Source: Tubiluchus corallicola
Taxonomy: Eukaryota > Animalia > Priapulida
Direction of reading: 5' to 3'
NCBI GenBank assembly: GCA_030141605.1
Contig: JAQGDQ010000829.1
Span: 18,949-82,948, forward strand
DNA: 64,000 nt
Shown piece by piece: positions 27,184 through 41,777 of this stretch. The notes beneath the pieces are model-generated. The model saw nothing but the letters and a program-made list of their open reading frames with translations. It was not told the origin of the DNA and searched no databases. Each line of letters starts with the position of its first letter. Positions within the stretch are counted from its first letter, which is position 1. The position numbers were made by a program, and so were the translations under genes.

Positions 27184-30100
27184 ATGTCTGCAAAGACTGT
27201 TTTGTGTTTAGCAATGGTTGCCGTACTATGCGGCGCTGGTAAGTATCCTTTGTGAATCTGTAAAAAGTTATTTAAAGCACAATAAGAGCTATAACTTACA
27301 TAAAGCTTAAAAAATTCGTCTTGAAATTCCATGTCACTTACATACTGCCTTTTTGCATATTAGACTTACGTCGTTAATAACAATAACGCTGCATAAAAGT
27401 GTAAATTTAAACTCCTGCGATGACCGTTAGACGCAGCCATTTTGACGACTGGTCATTTGAAACAAGTTAAAATCACATTGAGTAAAGTTTAAAAAAATAA
27501 TCAGAGCATTTGTAGCGCACACGTCACTAAGTAAATAAAATTTAAAATTAATCTGTCTTGTCAATAGGATTAAAAATGCGTTTTTGGTTAGTGAGTGGTG
27601 CAACCTGGAGGGTGAATCAGCGACATTTTACCAATTGGTGAAAAATTTAAATAATTAATAATTTTCTTTTCTAGCTACATAATTCTTTCAAGCTGGTAAG
27701 CGAAAAGCTAAGTAATATAGATTTGCATGGAAAGTTTTTGGGACATACTTTAGCATTGTCTTTTTTCTCCTGATTTACGTTTGGGTAGGTGACATTGTAC
27801 AGGATATTGGCATTATTAATTTTATCAGAATTCCGTTCTGTGGCGCCACCTGCACAAAATTATTAAAATTAACTTGAACTAAGCAAACAGGTGGGCAGTT
27901 AATACCTGATGTTTGGCTATGATGGAACTGAAAAATACTCGTCGGATTGAAATCACATGCTAAACGTCAAAAGTCGATTTAAGTTACATATTGAAGTTGT
28001 CTTAAGTATTTATTTATGGTAGTTTACTATTCTAAACAGTCATCATGTAATGGCGCCATAGAAACACTATTGCTGGAGATTTAAAATGGAAACAAACAAA
28101 AATTCCTTTCAACGCGAGTACGATAGGTGCACAAAATTGCTGTAAAGTAATGTAATTTTTAATGCGATTTTTCTGAAACCTACTTCAGGTACCCTTTTCT
28201 TGTCCTTTAAAACATTTCAACGAAGAAGAGGAAGAAATCGATAATAGTTGCCAGTAATAATAAAAATACAAAAAACAAGAATAATCAAAGACATCACAGT
28301 TTAGAGAACAACAAAAATTCTATGAACTAAAGTCACAAGTATATACTTGCAGATAAAATGACAATGGTAAATAGCAGTCCGTTGAAATAATCATAAAAGA
28401 TAGTTTTTTAGGATAGTAGCAAAGGAAAATTTGTGCTGGCACATGAAAATTGTTAATGACAAATAATTTTTTATCTCCATTTTTTCACACTTTTCTTCAT
28501 TCAAAAAGTTTTTTTATTGGGGAAAAGAGTTGAAGAACTGATGAACATTTGGTAATTAAGATCGTGGCATAGGTGTTACAGTACTGCTTAACCACATGAT
28601 GTCAAGAAAAATGGGCTTTACGTCATATGACGTCAGAAACTAACACTGCAGTTCATGATCATGGTTATCACGATACCGACTTCTATTTATCGGCCACGCG
28701 AACGTGACAAAAAGGCGCCGCTGCCGATCGTAGTAGACTCACTGAGCCGCGCGAAGCTTTGAAAGTTTAACGAATGTTGAGTATCAGAGGTAATTATTAT
28801 TTAATCTAAGCTTTAAAATAAGCTATTGTAGCTTTCAATATTTTAGAGCATTCTTTATTTTGTTTACACAATCATCCAATTTTCCTTTAAATGTTTAGCT
28901 TCCAGAAACGAGGTTAACTGCAGTGGGCAAGCGTATGACAGATTTGAAGCATGCCCCTAAGCTAGCATATTAGCCCATGATAAACAAACGCATTTGCAAA
29001 CAAAGCTGTACTTAATATGATTGTTTCTGCGTTGATTACAGTGCACAAATGCGACCTAAAGATTACACAAGAGATGTAAAAGCTCTTTGCTCACACACAA
29101 GTGTCTCATTTTAAGTAGGTGAAGGAAAAATTATTAGTCAATTATGCGGAGTTATTTGAGTCAATTACCGGCAGTTTTATGTACATTTAAATAGAAAGAA
29201 CTTGCAGCAGAATAGTTTTTGAATCAATTATGTGATCGAGTTTATTAACCGTGATTCTAATAAACGGTGCCTAATGTATATAATGTTACGAACGGGGTTT
29301 TAATTTGAACAGGATTAAGATTAGTGAAAATTAGAAGGAAGAATTCACGAGAAATATTGTATACGAAATGAATGTCTGTAAATTAGTAGATGATGCTCCT
29401 AATTAATTAATAAACAGTTAAATAAGTTCAACAAAATTATTTAATAAATTTATAGAGTATGTTTTGCAAGGATCACTCTCAGCAATGAGTTTGTAATTCT
29501 ACTTTACATGATTTTAAACTCTTAAAATTATGTCTGCTGTCAGTTGTTCTCTCTACAAAGAACTTTGCTTCCGATTCCAACGCCCAGACCGTCTCCGATT
29601 GGTGCACTGTCTCGAACAAACTGAAGCAAGTCAACGTCCACTGTCCCATAAACTCAATTAAACTTAATATCAGTACCATATCGTCTTTTCTTTTTATTAC
29701 TTAAACCAGATAGGTGGCTAAAATCACTCACTACTGATTTTTCTCTAATGTAATAGTACGTTTGTAAATTTTTGTATGTTTTATTTCAGCATACTCTATC
29801 ACATGCTACGTTTGCACCTCTGCAGCATCGGATGACTGTGGCGATCCATTCGATAAAACATCGGATGCTGCTGAAGGATTTGAAGTGGAAGACTGCAACA
29901 AATGTTCAAAATCCAGAACTGAAGCAGGTAAGCGTCTGTCTGTAATTTGTCTTTTTAATAGTTATAATTATACGCACATTATTGGCTTGTCCGTTACTAA
30001 AGGAATGTTAGCATCAGGACCGAGTAACAAAGTACGTCCTTCACTGAATATAATATCTTGTTCATTCGACATTGTTCTGTCATGTATGTGTGTCTTTTCG

Positions 30101-30932
30101 TTACACTATAGCTTGTAGTTGCTTAGTCAACTCTCACTGTTAACTGTATTGAAATAGTGATATCTTACTAATAGCTCTGACTGATTGTGTACTGCCAGGG
30201 TGAGATCTCAGACCAGCTTTGCTGGGTTGAGTCAATAGCTTAAGTGGTAGAGCATGTGTCATAAATGCGCAAATTCTGGGTTCGAATGATGGTTGACTCA
30301 CAATTTTTCCGTGCCTCTTTCTTCAATTAATTAACCATTAAGCTAATTGTTGTAAGCATGATTCTTCCATTAATGGGACTTGCAAACGTGTTTCTTGCTT
30401 TTACACGCAGTAGAAACATTTTAACTTCTCAAGAACATTTGAAATAACAAAACAAACGTGAATAAAAAGTTGAATGTTGTTTTCTTAGACTAAAAATGTT
30501 TCAAGGTTTCTGGAAAGATTTTTTTCGAAAATGTATGGTTTCACTTTATTATTAACTAGGCCCTACTACATGGTTTTGTTTTTTACAAAAAACTTTGGTG
30601 TGAATGAATGGGTGGCAGCACCTGGGATTTACAACTTTTCTTGAGACTTCTTTTATATACTAGAGGCTGATATCGATACCATTTGTTCTACTCCTGACAC
30701 AATAATGATTTTGTACAATTTTACGATTATAGGTGAATTATTATCTGCCATTACCAGAGCTTGCGGAGGAGTTGGAGCTGATGGCTGCGATAAAGTTGAC
30801 ATTGCTGGTGTTTCAGGCGAAGTCTGCACCTGCTCTACAGATAAGTGCAACGGTGTTGAAGCTAAACAAGCTTCTTACATTGGCATCCTGGGAGTTGCTT
30901 TCGTCACAGTCGTCTTTAAGCAATTGTATTAA
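27184..30932 (+). CDS. Ly6/uPAR three-finger (quiver-like) GPI-anchored protein, gene B, 130 aa; recent paralog of gene A
   Basis: Exons 27184-27238, 29790-29927, 30733-30932 (393 nt, phase 1/1): MSAKTVLCLAMVAVLCGAAYSITCYVCTSAASDDCGDPFDKTSDAAEGFEVEDCNKCSKSRTEAGELLSAITRACGGVGADGCDKVDIAGVSGEVCTCSTDKCNGVEAKQASYIGILGVAFVTVVFKQLY. Confidence 0.93.
30229..30300 (+). pseudogene. tRNA-like sequence in gene B intron 2 (paralog of 22031-22103)
   Basis: Same structure with a degraded anticodon arm. Confidence 0.55.
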
Positions 30933-31454
30933 TTTTTAAAATGATTCAAAATTTCTGTCTGCTAGGAAATGCAGTACAATGAGAACAAAAGTAGCTGTTT
31001 TGTAACCTAAATCTACCGTAAATTTGTGAATTATTTTTAGGGAAGTCCCATCCTCTGTCATCTCAGAATGAAAGCTGATTAATGTTAATTTTCACAACCA
31101 CGCAAAGCATGCCTAAAACAAAATTAATGAAAAAATAGTACCTGGTTTTGCGTAAAGTACGTTGTTGCTACACAACCTATTGTGTTTTCCACAATTTTTG
31201 ATGTCCTTTTCTGTCTTGAGTCAGTAAATATTTGTTCTGAGGTGACTGAACTGATCTGCAAAATATTCGTATGTTCGTATATTATTGCTCTACCGATATT
31301 TTCAGTGATGTAGGTCAAACGCAAACTAGGCCTACAATTATTCCCTCTAATTATTATGATAAATATCAGTTCTAAGCTAATTAACGATTTGGCACATTGC
31401 GTTAGAATTACATGTAGAATTATGAGCACATTAGTAAATGTATTTCTTGGCCAT

Positions 31455-32153
31455 GGTGAGGGTTTCACGAGGATTTCAAAATTTCAAGATCCGATCGTCG
31501 CCAAAATGATCCAAAATAGACGCTAAACATCCACGAAAGTTCGCCGTTGGCGCCAAAAGGTCGCTCCCTTCGGTAAAATTTTTTAAAATGTTTAAAGTTT
31601 GTCGAGAGAATTGCAAAGCTCGCCACCTCGCCAAAACGTCTCCAAACTGTGGTAAAGCTGCCTGTCCATGCACCACCAAACCTGCGCAAAAATGTCGCCA
31701 GATATTCGGGATCCTCGTCAACAATTTCACAATCCGCGAAAACTTTAGAACGTTTTGAGACGCTTTTGAGAACTCTGCGACGACTTTGCGACATGTTTCT
31801 ACAATTTGGGGGCATTTTGGACAACTCCGGTTGTCCTGCTCTTCCTTCAATGAAAATTCTGTGAAATAGTTGTAAAATGTTTGAAATAATGTCGTCTAAT
31901 GTCGTACAACATTCGTCATGTCGCATAAGTATCGCAGAAGTCACCCATCATGCGTAAACGTGTCGTGCAAAATTCGCAAAATGTTCTCGCGAGCTTCGAC
32001 GTAGGGAAAAGTTCGAAATTCACATAAAAAGTGGCGAACATCGCGCGAAATTGTTCAGAACTCGCAAGAATGATTTGTGACGTGGGCGCAAAACACAGTG
32101 GCAAGAATTTTTTACGACTATTGGACTCCGCGGCCCAGTGAAACCTTGGCTTA
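31455..32153. mobile_element. Putative non-autonomous DNA element (PIF/Harbinger-like ends)
   Basis: CpG-rich block bounded by gggtttcac...gtgaaaccttggcttaa; only the left end (ttaagtcggggtttcacg, ~23217) survives in the paralogous unit. Confidence 0.5.
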
Positions 32154-32212
32154 AGAAACAACGTATTAGCTATGCTGCATATATTTATCGTTGCATCCTT
32201 AATATATCAGCT

Positions 32213-33120
32213 ATACATACATACATACATACATACATACATACATACATACATACATACATACATACATACATACATACATACATACGTACATACATAC
32301 GTACATACATACGTACATACATAGGTACATACATACATGCATACATACATACAGACATACAGACATACATACATACATACATACATACATACATACATAC
32401 ATACATACATACATACATACATACATACATACATACATACGTACATACATACGTACATACATACGTACATACATACATACATACATACATACATACATAC
32501 ATACATACATACGTACATACATACGTACATACATACGTACATACATACGTACATACATACGTACATACATACGTACATACATACGTACATACATACATGC
32601 ATACATACATACATACATACATACATACATACATACATACATACATACATACATACATACATACATACATACATACATACATACATACATACATACATAC
32701 ATACGTACATACATACATACATACATACATACATACATACATACATAGGTACATACATACGTACATACATACATACATACATACATACATACATACATAC
32801 ATACATACATACATACATACATACATACATACCTACATACATACATACATACATACATACATACATACATACATACATACATTCATACATACATACATAC
32901 ATACGTACATACATACATACATACATACATACATACATACATACATACGTACATACATACATACATACATACATACATACATACATACATAGGTACATAC
33001 ATACGTACATACATACATACATACATACATACATACATACATACATACATACATACATACATACATACATACATACCTACATACATACATACATACATAC
33101 ATACATACGTACGTACGTAC
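32213..33120. repeat. (ATAC)n microsatellite, ~900 bp
   Basis: Direct reading; explains the YIHT/MYVC ORFs. Confidence 0.98.
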
Positions 33121-34959
33121 TATGTACGTACAGCTGATATATTAATGATGCAACAGTACCTGTGTGTATGTGTGTCTTTGTATATTTTATTCTTAATTGT
33201 TACTACAGATATTTGCAGATGTATAAGAATGATATTCTGCTTGTGATTATTACTTTCGGGTCTCATTTCAAGACATTTTATAGCCACTAGTGAACTTTCT
33301 TTGTTTGGAGTGAAACAACTGAAAGCACCGAGCTTGGAAACTAGACGAGGATAATCTATTTGATTGTACTTACAGTGGCATACTTTGTAAAAGACAGAGG
33401 ACAGATGTTCACCCTATGTCTTGTTTTTATCAACCAAAATACTATGTTAGACCTCAATAAAAAACAAACAAACTATCCTGTTGTAAAGAAAAGAAATAAA
33501 CAAACGTAAACAATCAAAACCAACACAATTTCCCGTTGGTAAAAGAATTTATGGTATTGACGCGACTTTACACTTTAGTTCACAAATACTTTGGCTTATT
33601 CGTCCAAAACAATTTCAAGTCAAAAACAGTAACAACTTCGCTCTCTATCACATATATTGTACTTATAAAAATTGATATTCATATGCAACAATATTTATTT
33701 ATGCGTAAAAAAGAGAACAATATTTTGTGTATTTATCTGCTGCAGTGGTATCTATAGAGGTTATAATTATTAAAATAATTATTATCAATATCTATCTGCT
33801 TTAATTATATTATAGATAATATTGACATAATAATTTTATTTATTAATAGAACTTTTATTAAAGTAAATATATCAATGTTTTTGAATTGAATTAGGTTCAT
33901 TTTTGTCATCAACTTTTCTATCCAATGGGTTTATTTTGGAGTTCATTTCTGGCCAACATCTTTGTATAGCGTTAGCAAAAGGAATCATCTTTCATTATCT
34001 AGAAAACGTAGCAAGTGCAGACACAATAGTAACTTGAACAAAAACTTTGAAAGTTGCCTCTATTTTTATTTTTCATCGTGAAACTGCGGAATGTAAGCTC
34101 GTATAATGCTAAAAAGTTGTTGCAAATTTCTTTAAAATTCTCGATAATCACTGCTTTTCAGTGAAGTCTTGTCTGAGTCAATTCATTTATTCATATTTTA
34201 TTCAGGCATTTCTTATATCTCAACTACAAGCGTCGTGTCAATGTTAATTTTCAGTTTTGCCATTTTGCTTTAAAAGTTTGCCGGACTCCAGTTTCTTCAA
34301 CAATAATTTTTTTCTATGTTTCGAAACATAAAGCGTATTTACAATTATTGACAAAAAAAGTAAAAATTGTATTAATTAAATCATAATTTTTAATTTTTTT
34401 GTGAATAGTTGTAAATACGTTTGATTTTATTCGTCGTTACTTTCCATTACTTCACAGTAGTTTAGATTGCACTGACGCATTTGCCTTTAGCAGTGTAAGT
34501 TTTTATTAGCTAACACTGATTGATCATCTCTGTAAAGTTTTTATCAGTGACTATCAACGTATTTTAATGGCAAATAAAGATTTTATATAAAGATTATATA
34601 TATACCTATATACCTATATACCTATATATATATATATATGTATATATAAATCTTACGAACTTGTACCGGTGCAGGCCTACATCCCCCAAACAGACAAAAC
34701 AGGTTGCCGTTTCTGGTGAAAAAATCGGGTTGTATGGCAAAGGGTGCATGTCAGGCAATAAGTTGCAATATGGCGAACACGGATCCGGCAATCATTGATC
34801 GGGAACCGTTACCGATGTGGATTGGATATGTATCTCTACTGAATGTTAACTGCACCTACTAGTTTTGCTTTTTACTTTGCAACCCCATGATAAGTTGAAA
34901 ATTATACAATTCTGTTTCAACTCGAGGCACGTCAAACATGCCAAAGGTGTTTGTAAATT

Positions 34960-35405
34960 CTAACATTTCTTCACTATTACAAGGTGACCAAGGTGTTCAT
35001 AAATTATAGCATTTCTACACTATTACAAGGTGACCAAGGTGTTCATAAATTATAGCATTTCTACACTATTACAAGGTGACCAAGGTGTTCATAAATTATA
35101 GCATTTCTTCACTATTACAAGGTGACCAAGGTGTTCATAAATTATAGCATTTCTACACTATTACAAGGTGACCAAGGTGTTCATAAATTATAGCATTTCT
35201 ACACTATTACAAGGTGACCAAGGCGTTCATAAATTATAGCATTTCTTCACTATTACAAGGTGACCAAGGTGTTCATAAATTATAGCATTTCTACACTATT
35301 ACAAGGTGACCAAGGTGTTCATAAATTATAGCATTTTTACACTATTACAAGGTGACCAAGGTGTTCATAAATTATAGCATTTCTACACTATTACAAGGTG
35401 ACCAA
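34960..35405. repeat. 46-bp minisatellite
   Basis: tattacaaggtgaccaaggtgttcataaattatagcatttctacac repeated; a single related unit at ~24965-25010 in the paralog. Confidence 0.93.
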
Positions 35406-36918
35406 ACTATTTGAATTAAATCTTGAATGCACCTGTTATATTCAAAAGTCTTAAAAATATAAATTGTCATTGTAGCGGGTTTGTCGTTTTACAATAGATG
35501 TTTAACGTAATCGTTATATAATTCTTAAATAATTAGAATTAATGGAATAAAATGGCGTATGCTGTACTGCGTTTGAGTTTAAACGATTTGTCTTGCTTGT
35601 AAATCATTTTTGTAGTGTGTTGGCTATTAAACTTTTTCTGCGAATGTTTTTTGTTGTGTTTCTATAAAGCAGTGTAAAGTACAACAAGATTTACATAGTG
35701 CACATTAAAGTTTATCACGGATTTACAGTAAAAATATCTTGTAGTCACCGTTGTATTTCACTACAACTTTTAGCATAAAACTCAAAAACAACTTAAATAG
35801 ATGGATGGATGGATGGATGGATGGATGGATGGATGGATGGATGGATGGAAGGATGGATGGATAGGTGGATGGATGGGTGGGTGGTTGGTAGCTACTGCAA
35901 ATAATTTTTTTTTCATTTTCAAATTTTATTTCAGCACATAAAAAATCCTACATAAGAGTTAAAATTTACACTAAATTCTAAGAAATACTACATGTCATGC
36001 ACTCGACATATGATGTCAGCTACCAAAATTTACAAAAATGTAATAAAAATATATACACCGTTTAAAATTACAAAGTATCAGTTCAAACACTAGCGGTTAC
36101 TACATCCATAAACCATGCCGTCTTCTAAATAATCTACTATCAAATCGTACATCAGTTTGATGACACAATACCAAATTGTGCAGTAGATGGCGTATCGTTC
36201 GTATATGTTAAAATATGGAAACGTATGACCATTATGAAATCATATGAACCATTATGTAATTATTGCGTATACAATTTAATGTGTTCCATATAGAAAATAA
36301 ATTTTATTCTATTCTATAAAATTTGTGAAGAACAAAGTTGTACGAGGCGAGGATCTTGGTTAAATATCATAGTTTGAAATTAACCAATAACTTAATCCAG
36401 AATATATTGTTACAGAATGAACGAAATAGCGTGCACAGTCTTGAAAAAGATTCAAATTTAGTTGATAACCTATTAGATTTAGCCATTTGCGAACGCTGAT
36501 GACGCCGACGACGAGCCAATTCGTGACAGTGACAGTAAGTACTAACAACGAAGAACTGAAGCAAATGTATACTGTAAGGTCACTTTTGTCAGTGATATCA
36601 CAACTATCATGCCAACACTGACATAATTTAAACTTTAAAATTAAAATTCAAAATTTACTTTATAGCGTTGTTATCACGATTGACAGGAAATGTAGGAAAT
36701 AAGACCAATGCTAGGAAATAAGACTTACTATTAGTATCACGATTAACAGGAAGTGTAGGAAATAAGACCAATCCTAGCAAACAAACTGACTGTTGAGAGT
36801 CAATGTAATACGAGTTATTGCCAATGTAAAATTACAGTGTGACGACTACAGTAGCCGTTCTCATCGTGTGCCAACTGTCAGAAGCAAGAGAACCTTTCAG
36901 TTTCCCTAAGCGTTCAAC

Positions 36919-39873
36919 ATGTCTGCAAAGACTCTACTGTGTTTAGCAACACTCGCTTTACTCTATGGTGCTGGTAAGTCTATGAACAGTAACCTAATTG
37001 ATCATATAGGTCATTATCAACTATTGTTACAGCCATCATTAATATTTTGGTCAGGCTTCATTACCCGAATCATAATTGTTAACAAGTAATCCACTTCCAT
37101 TTGTTTACACGGTCCTTCATTAATTTAATTTCCAATTTTCTTTTGCAGTTGTTCATGTTTAACCAATGACCAATATCACCTTATATTACCCTAATCAAAT
37201 TGCTCTTAACTATTCATTTTAGGAGTAAGTACAATAACCATTTTATTCTACATAAAAGTGCTGGATGCAGCATCAAGATGCATCTAAGGAACTCCAAATG
37301 TGAGGGTAACATACGTTCATACTGTCCTGTACATGTTGCCCTTTTTCTGATATTAAATTTTATAACTGTAATTGTACAGTGATCAGAAATTATTTTGATA
37401 TAGGACAAAATTTAATGAAATAGTGTATTTATTAGAAAACGTGCCAGGATTTTGAAAGTGTTTCCCTCACAGTTTACTGATGTGGGAATCCCTAAAATCA
37501 ACAGAGGTATCATGCAGACTAATACTACCCTAATGTACCTACCCTGATGATAATGATGTAAATATGTTGATACTTCAAAAGCAGATAAGACAAGGAAACG
37601 CAAATCTGCTTGGCATTGATAGCAATATAGTAATAGTAATAATAAATTTATTTAGCTTCATAAACTTAATACAGTAGTTAAGATGTTAGTGCATATTATG
37701 CATTAAATATGAGCAGAGGTGACGATGGCCATACGGTCACCCAGTCAGTCACCTCTAGATGTTCGTAACTTTGATATTGTGCAGGTAGCAATAATGAAAG
37801 TCATAATTACATAAATTCGCAAAAATGAAAATGCAAACATGTCTACATACATTACCTACACGCATACTTATACATACAAATACTGAAAATGAGATTAGGT
37901 AATAGAATAATAATCATAAGCATAATGAGAAAAATAATACAGTCTTGCCAATTTTTTTTTGGGGGGGGGGGCAGATTAACGTTATTAAAGGAATCAAAAT
38001 GAAGAATGAGATGCCAAGACCTTAAACTAAAGACCATAGGGACATAAGATATAAGTTAATTTATTTCCACTGTGCATCTAACAATTATAATAAAAATACA
38101 GATAATTTTACTGAAGTTAATATAAATATAAATGCAGTATTATCCAGAAATTACAAAATGCAGCATATATATGTGCAAATTACATTACAGAATAATTTTG
38201 ATGCATACAGTTTGAGGCTAAAAGCATAGCTTGACAGGCCAAACTGTACGTGGAAATCATAAAGAAGTGTTTAATAATTGAAATAATGAAATAATGATAA
38301 TATATACATAAAAGTGGTGGAGGATGGGGGGATGGGGGGAGGAGTAGTGAATGAAAGATGAAATGAAGCGAGAACTAAGAAAAACTGTGATCATGATTAT
38401 AAAGTGTTCAGTAACCTGTTGAGCATAGTCACGTTTTATTAAGATTACTGTGGAAAAAGAATGCAGGTGATTACCATGATCAAACTGTGTTACTACCAAT
38501 ACTTTTGAAATATTTCTTTTCTGACGGTTTTTTTAAAAGTTGAAACGGAGTGACTACATTTTGAATTGCGGCTTAGTCTATTTCATAGGACTGTGTCTGG
38601 TATTGTATTTTTTTACATTTATCTTGACTCGATTTTCAAAAAAAAGTTGGAAATAAGTTGTTGATCAATTGACATGTTGATCAAGCGAGAGATCAAATTC
38701 ACAATGACTGATTCCCCATGTTTTCTATGTTTATTTCAGCGCAGTCCATCAAATGCTACGTTTGTAACACTCTGACTGATAATGCATGCACTGATCCATT
38801 TGATAAAACTTCCAGTGCAGTTAAAAACTTTGAAAAAGACAATTGCAACTCGTGCACGAAGACCAAAGGTGAAGCAGGTAAGAGGTTTATTATGTAAAGC
38901 AATTTGTGGTTTTTTTAGGATAGCTTTGCTGCCAAACTGATGAAACCGGTACACTGCAATTGGGGAAAATCTCTAATCTTTATTTCTGCTTGTGATTGTT
39001 TGACTGAAAAACTAATTGACTAAAAACATTTTACTGCATAAACTCGATGTTTTATCTAAATGCAATAATGGTTTTATCTAAATTTAATAATGGTTTTATC
39101 TAAATGCAATAACGGTTTTATCTGAATGCAGCAATGGTTTTATTTAAATGCAATAATGGTTTTACCTAAATGCAATAATAATTTTATCTAAACGCAACAA
39201 TGGTTTTTATCTAAATGCAATAATGGTTTTATCAATAATGGTTTTATCTAAATGCAACAATGGTTTTTATCTAAATGTAATAATGGTTTTATCTAAATGC
39301 AACAATGGTTTTATCTAAATGCAATAATGGTTTTACCTAAATGCAATAATAATTTTATCTAAATGCAACAATGGTTATTATCTAAATGCAATAATGGTTT
39401 TATCTAAATGCAACAATGGTTTTTATCTAAATGCAATAATGGTTTTATCTAAATGCAACAATGGTTTCTACCTAAATGCAACAATGGTTTTTATCTAAAT
39501 GCAATAATGGTTTTATCTAAATGCAATAATGGTTTTACCTAAATGCAATAATGGTTTTATCTAAATGCAACAATGGTTTTTATCTAAATGCAACAATGGT
39601 TTTTATCTAAATGCAATAATGGTTTTATCTAAATGCAATAATGGTTTTATTTTTGTTACCTCATACGTAGGTGACCTTGTTACCATAGCGAGAGTTTGTG
39701 GAGGAACTCTAAGTGATGGTTGCCATGAAGAAGAATCTGGCGGAGCTTCAATTTCAGTGTGCACATGCTCTACAGACCTCTGCAACGGAGTTGAAGCTAA
39801 GCATGCATCAGCATCTTTCCTTGGCATGCTGGGAATTGCTTTAGCTGCAGTGGCTTTTATGCACGTCTATTAA
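36919..39873 (+). CDS. Ly6/uPAR three-finger (quiver-like) GPI-anchored protein, gene C, 131 aa
   Basis: Exons 36919-36973, 38740-38877, 39671-39873 (396 nt): MSAKTLLCLATLALLYGAAQSIKCYVCNTLTDNACTDPFDKTSSAVKNFEKDNCNSCTKTKGEAGDLVTIARVCGGTLSDGCHEEESGGASISVCTCSTDLCNGVEAKHASASFLGMLGIALAAVAFMHVY. Exon 2 is absent from the ORF track. Confidence 0.92.
39047..39650. repeat. ~22-bp minisatellite in gene C intron 2
   Basis: ggttttatctaaatgcaataat units ending ~20 nt before the exon 3 acceptor. Confidence 0.95.
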
Positions 39874-40054
39874 TTTTGCAATATATACAGTATTGTTGTC
39901 TATAATCCGCCAGTGGAACAAAACACAAAATATGTAAAAAATCGTAGTTTTGTTAATTATATTGCTTATTAGTGTACTTATAGCTCACCGTCAGGCAACC
40001 TGGAGCAAAATATGCAGATGCAATGCAGAAATGAAATGAAATTTATAAAAGTAT

Positions 40055-40320
40055 TAATTATTTAAAATGTTTTCACCCACTTGGTAAAATGTCTTTGACT
40101 CACCTCCAGGGTGCACCACTCACTAACCAAAAAAAACGTATTTCTAATTTTATTGACCAGATAGGGGTAATTTAAAGTTTATTCAGCTAGTAACGTGTGT
40201 GCTACGAACGCTCGGAGTATTTTTTCAGACTTTACACAAGGTTATCAAAACTTGTTACAAATGACTTAACCAGTCAAAATGGCTGCGTCCAACGGTCACA
40301 GCGGGAGTTTTAATTTAAAT
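40055..40320. mobile_element. Dispersed repeat family member (also ~12730-12890; inverted at ~19900-20200 and ~27420-27720)
   Basis: Shared core ttttcacccacttggtaaaatgtc..gactcacctccagggtgca and caaaatggctgcgtc. Confidence 0.7.
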
Positions 40321-40807
40321 GTTTTATTAAGCGTTATGGCCGACTTCCATTAAAGATCTCGCATGAAGCAGCTTTAAAAGAAGAAAAACTGCCTCTTGCT
40401 TTCAAAAAAACTTTATCGACAGTCATCGTCCTCTCCTCCCCTCCTCCGCCTCATCATTATTGTTGTCATTCATTTTCATCACCGTCGCCACTTAGTTTCT
40501 GCAATGGCCTCTCCAAGCAGCGTGGAGAACAGGGCGGAAACTAAAAAAGTTCTGGAAAAAACGGGACACAAATTTATAGCTTATAAATGCAATAGCACAT
40601 CAATGCGACTTTCAACTTTTTTCCTAGTTAGTTGTGCTTATTTAATTCACTGTGATATTTGGCTTCACAAATAAATACATTAATTAACCTTGTCTTTTTA
40701 ATTAATTATAACCTAGTGTTTTTATTTCATAATTGTGTATGACTATTGTTATTTAGAGTGTTACGATATTAATCATTATCATAGAACTTGTTTATAGAAC
40801 TAATGTA

Positions 40808-41280
40808 GGTTTTACATGTCAAATGTAGACCTACGTTAACTCAAATGTAGATTTAGGTAATTCAAATGTGTCTTGGTAACTCAAATGTAGACTTAGGTAG
40901 TTCAAATGTGTTAACAATGGTTTTCAAGAAATCTTAAGCGTTTTGGAAAGTCAAATGTGACATTGGTATCTCAAATGTGGATAGGTGTTAATGTTCAAAG
41001 ATGTTAAATTTAATATTCTTTAATTTCAATTTAATAATTGCTCCTAAGTTAAAATAACAACGTTATAGGCCTACTAATAGATGCACTATCTTTGGTTTAT
41101 CATTTTCTAATTTGCACTTAAAAAAACTTAGTTACCGATTTCTTCAAAGCAATGCATCTACATTTGACTTACCCAAGTCACATTTGAGTTACCAAAACAC
41201 ATTCGAAATTCCTATGCCTACATTTGACTTACCTAAATCACATTTGAACTTTCCCGTATCTACATTTGACGTGTGAAACC
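40808..41280. mobile_element. Foldback-type MITE with TA TSD
   Basis: TA-GGTTTTACATGTCAAATGTAGA ... TCTACATTTGACGTGTGAAACC-TA; multiple subterminal tcaaatgt repeats mirrored as acatttga. Confidence 0.8.
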
Positions 41281-41777
41281 TATAGTAGAAATTTAGTATA
41301 ATATGTATAATATAATTTGGTATAATATTTAGTATAACCAGAATATTTTTACATTACTTGAGTCTTTCACGGGCTATAAAATGTCTGAATTTTAAATTTT
41401 TATGCAGTAAGTTATAGCTTCAATGTACAATGTTCTTCAACTCATTATAGTTGAAGTAAGATTCAGTAAAATGCAGTTCCTATAAACATTTTTCTTAAAA
41501 ATACTTAAAATCAGTTTAAATTGAAACAAAATGCTTACCGATGAGTTACAGTTTCTTTACAGTTTTTTTACAATCTTAACAGTTAATTAAAGATCTTTAT
41601 TGAATTACAGTTTCTGCAAAAGTTTTCTTTAAATTTTGACAACCTAAATTAAGTCAATAAGACCCCCTAATGGTGCAAAATGGAATAAAAGATAATATAA
41701 ACAGCAGACAATTTTAAACTTTCAGACTATCAGCAAGTCTGTCTTTAACTGCAGAACTCCAGAGACCTTGTCAAGTC

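Larger units (their letters stand above)
17690..35790. repeat. Tandem segmental duplication carrying genes A and B (unit 1 ~17690-25370, unit 2 ~26000-35790)
   Basis: Collinear alignable upstream, intronic and downstream blocks, e.g. 18430-19130 vs 26290-27000, 21140-23250 vs 29280-31490, 24830-25370 vs 34780-35790. Confidence 0.88.

Noticed and set aside
31465-32161. Overlapping 124-159 aa ORFs
   Set aside because: Lie in a CpG-rich putative non-autonomous element; no transposase motifs recognised
32138-33137. Long ORFs of YIHT/MYVC repeats
   Set aside because: Translation artefacts of (ATAC)n
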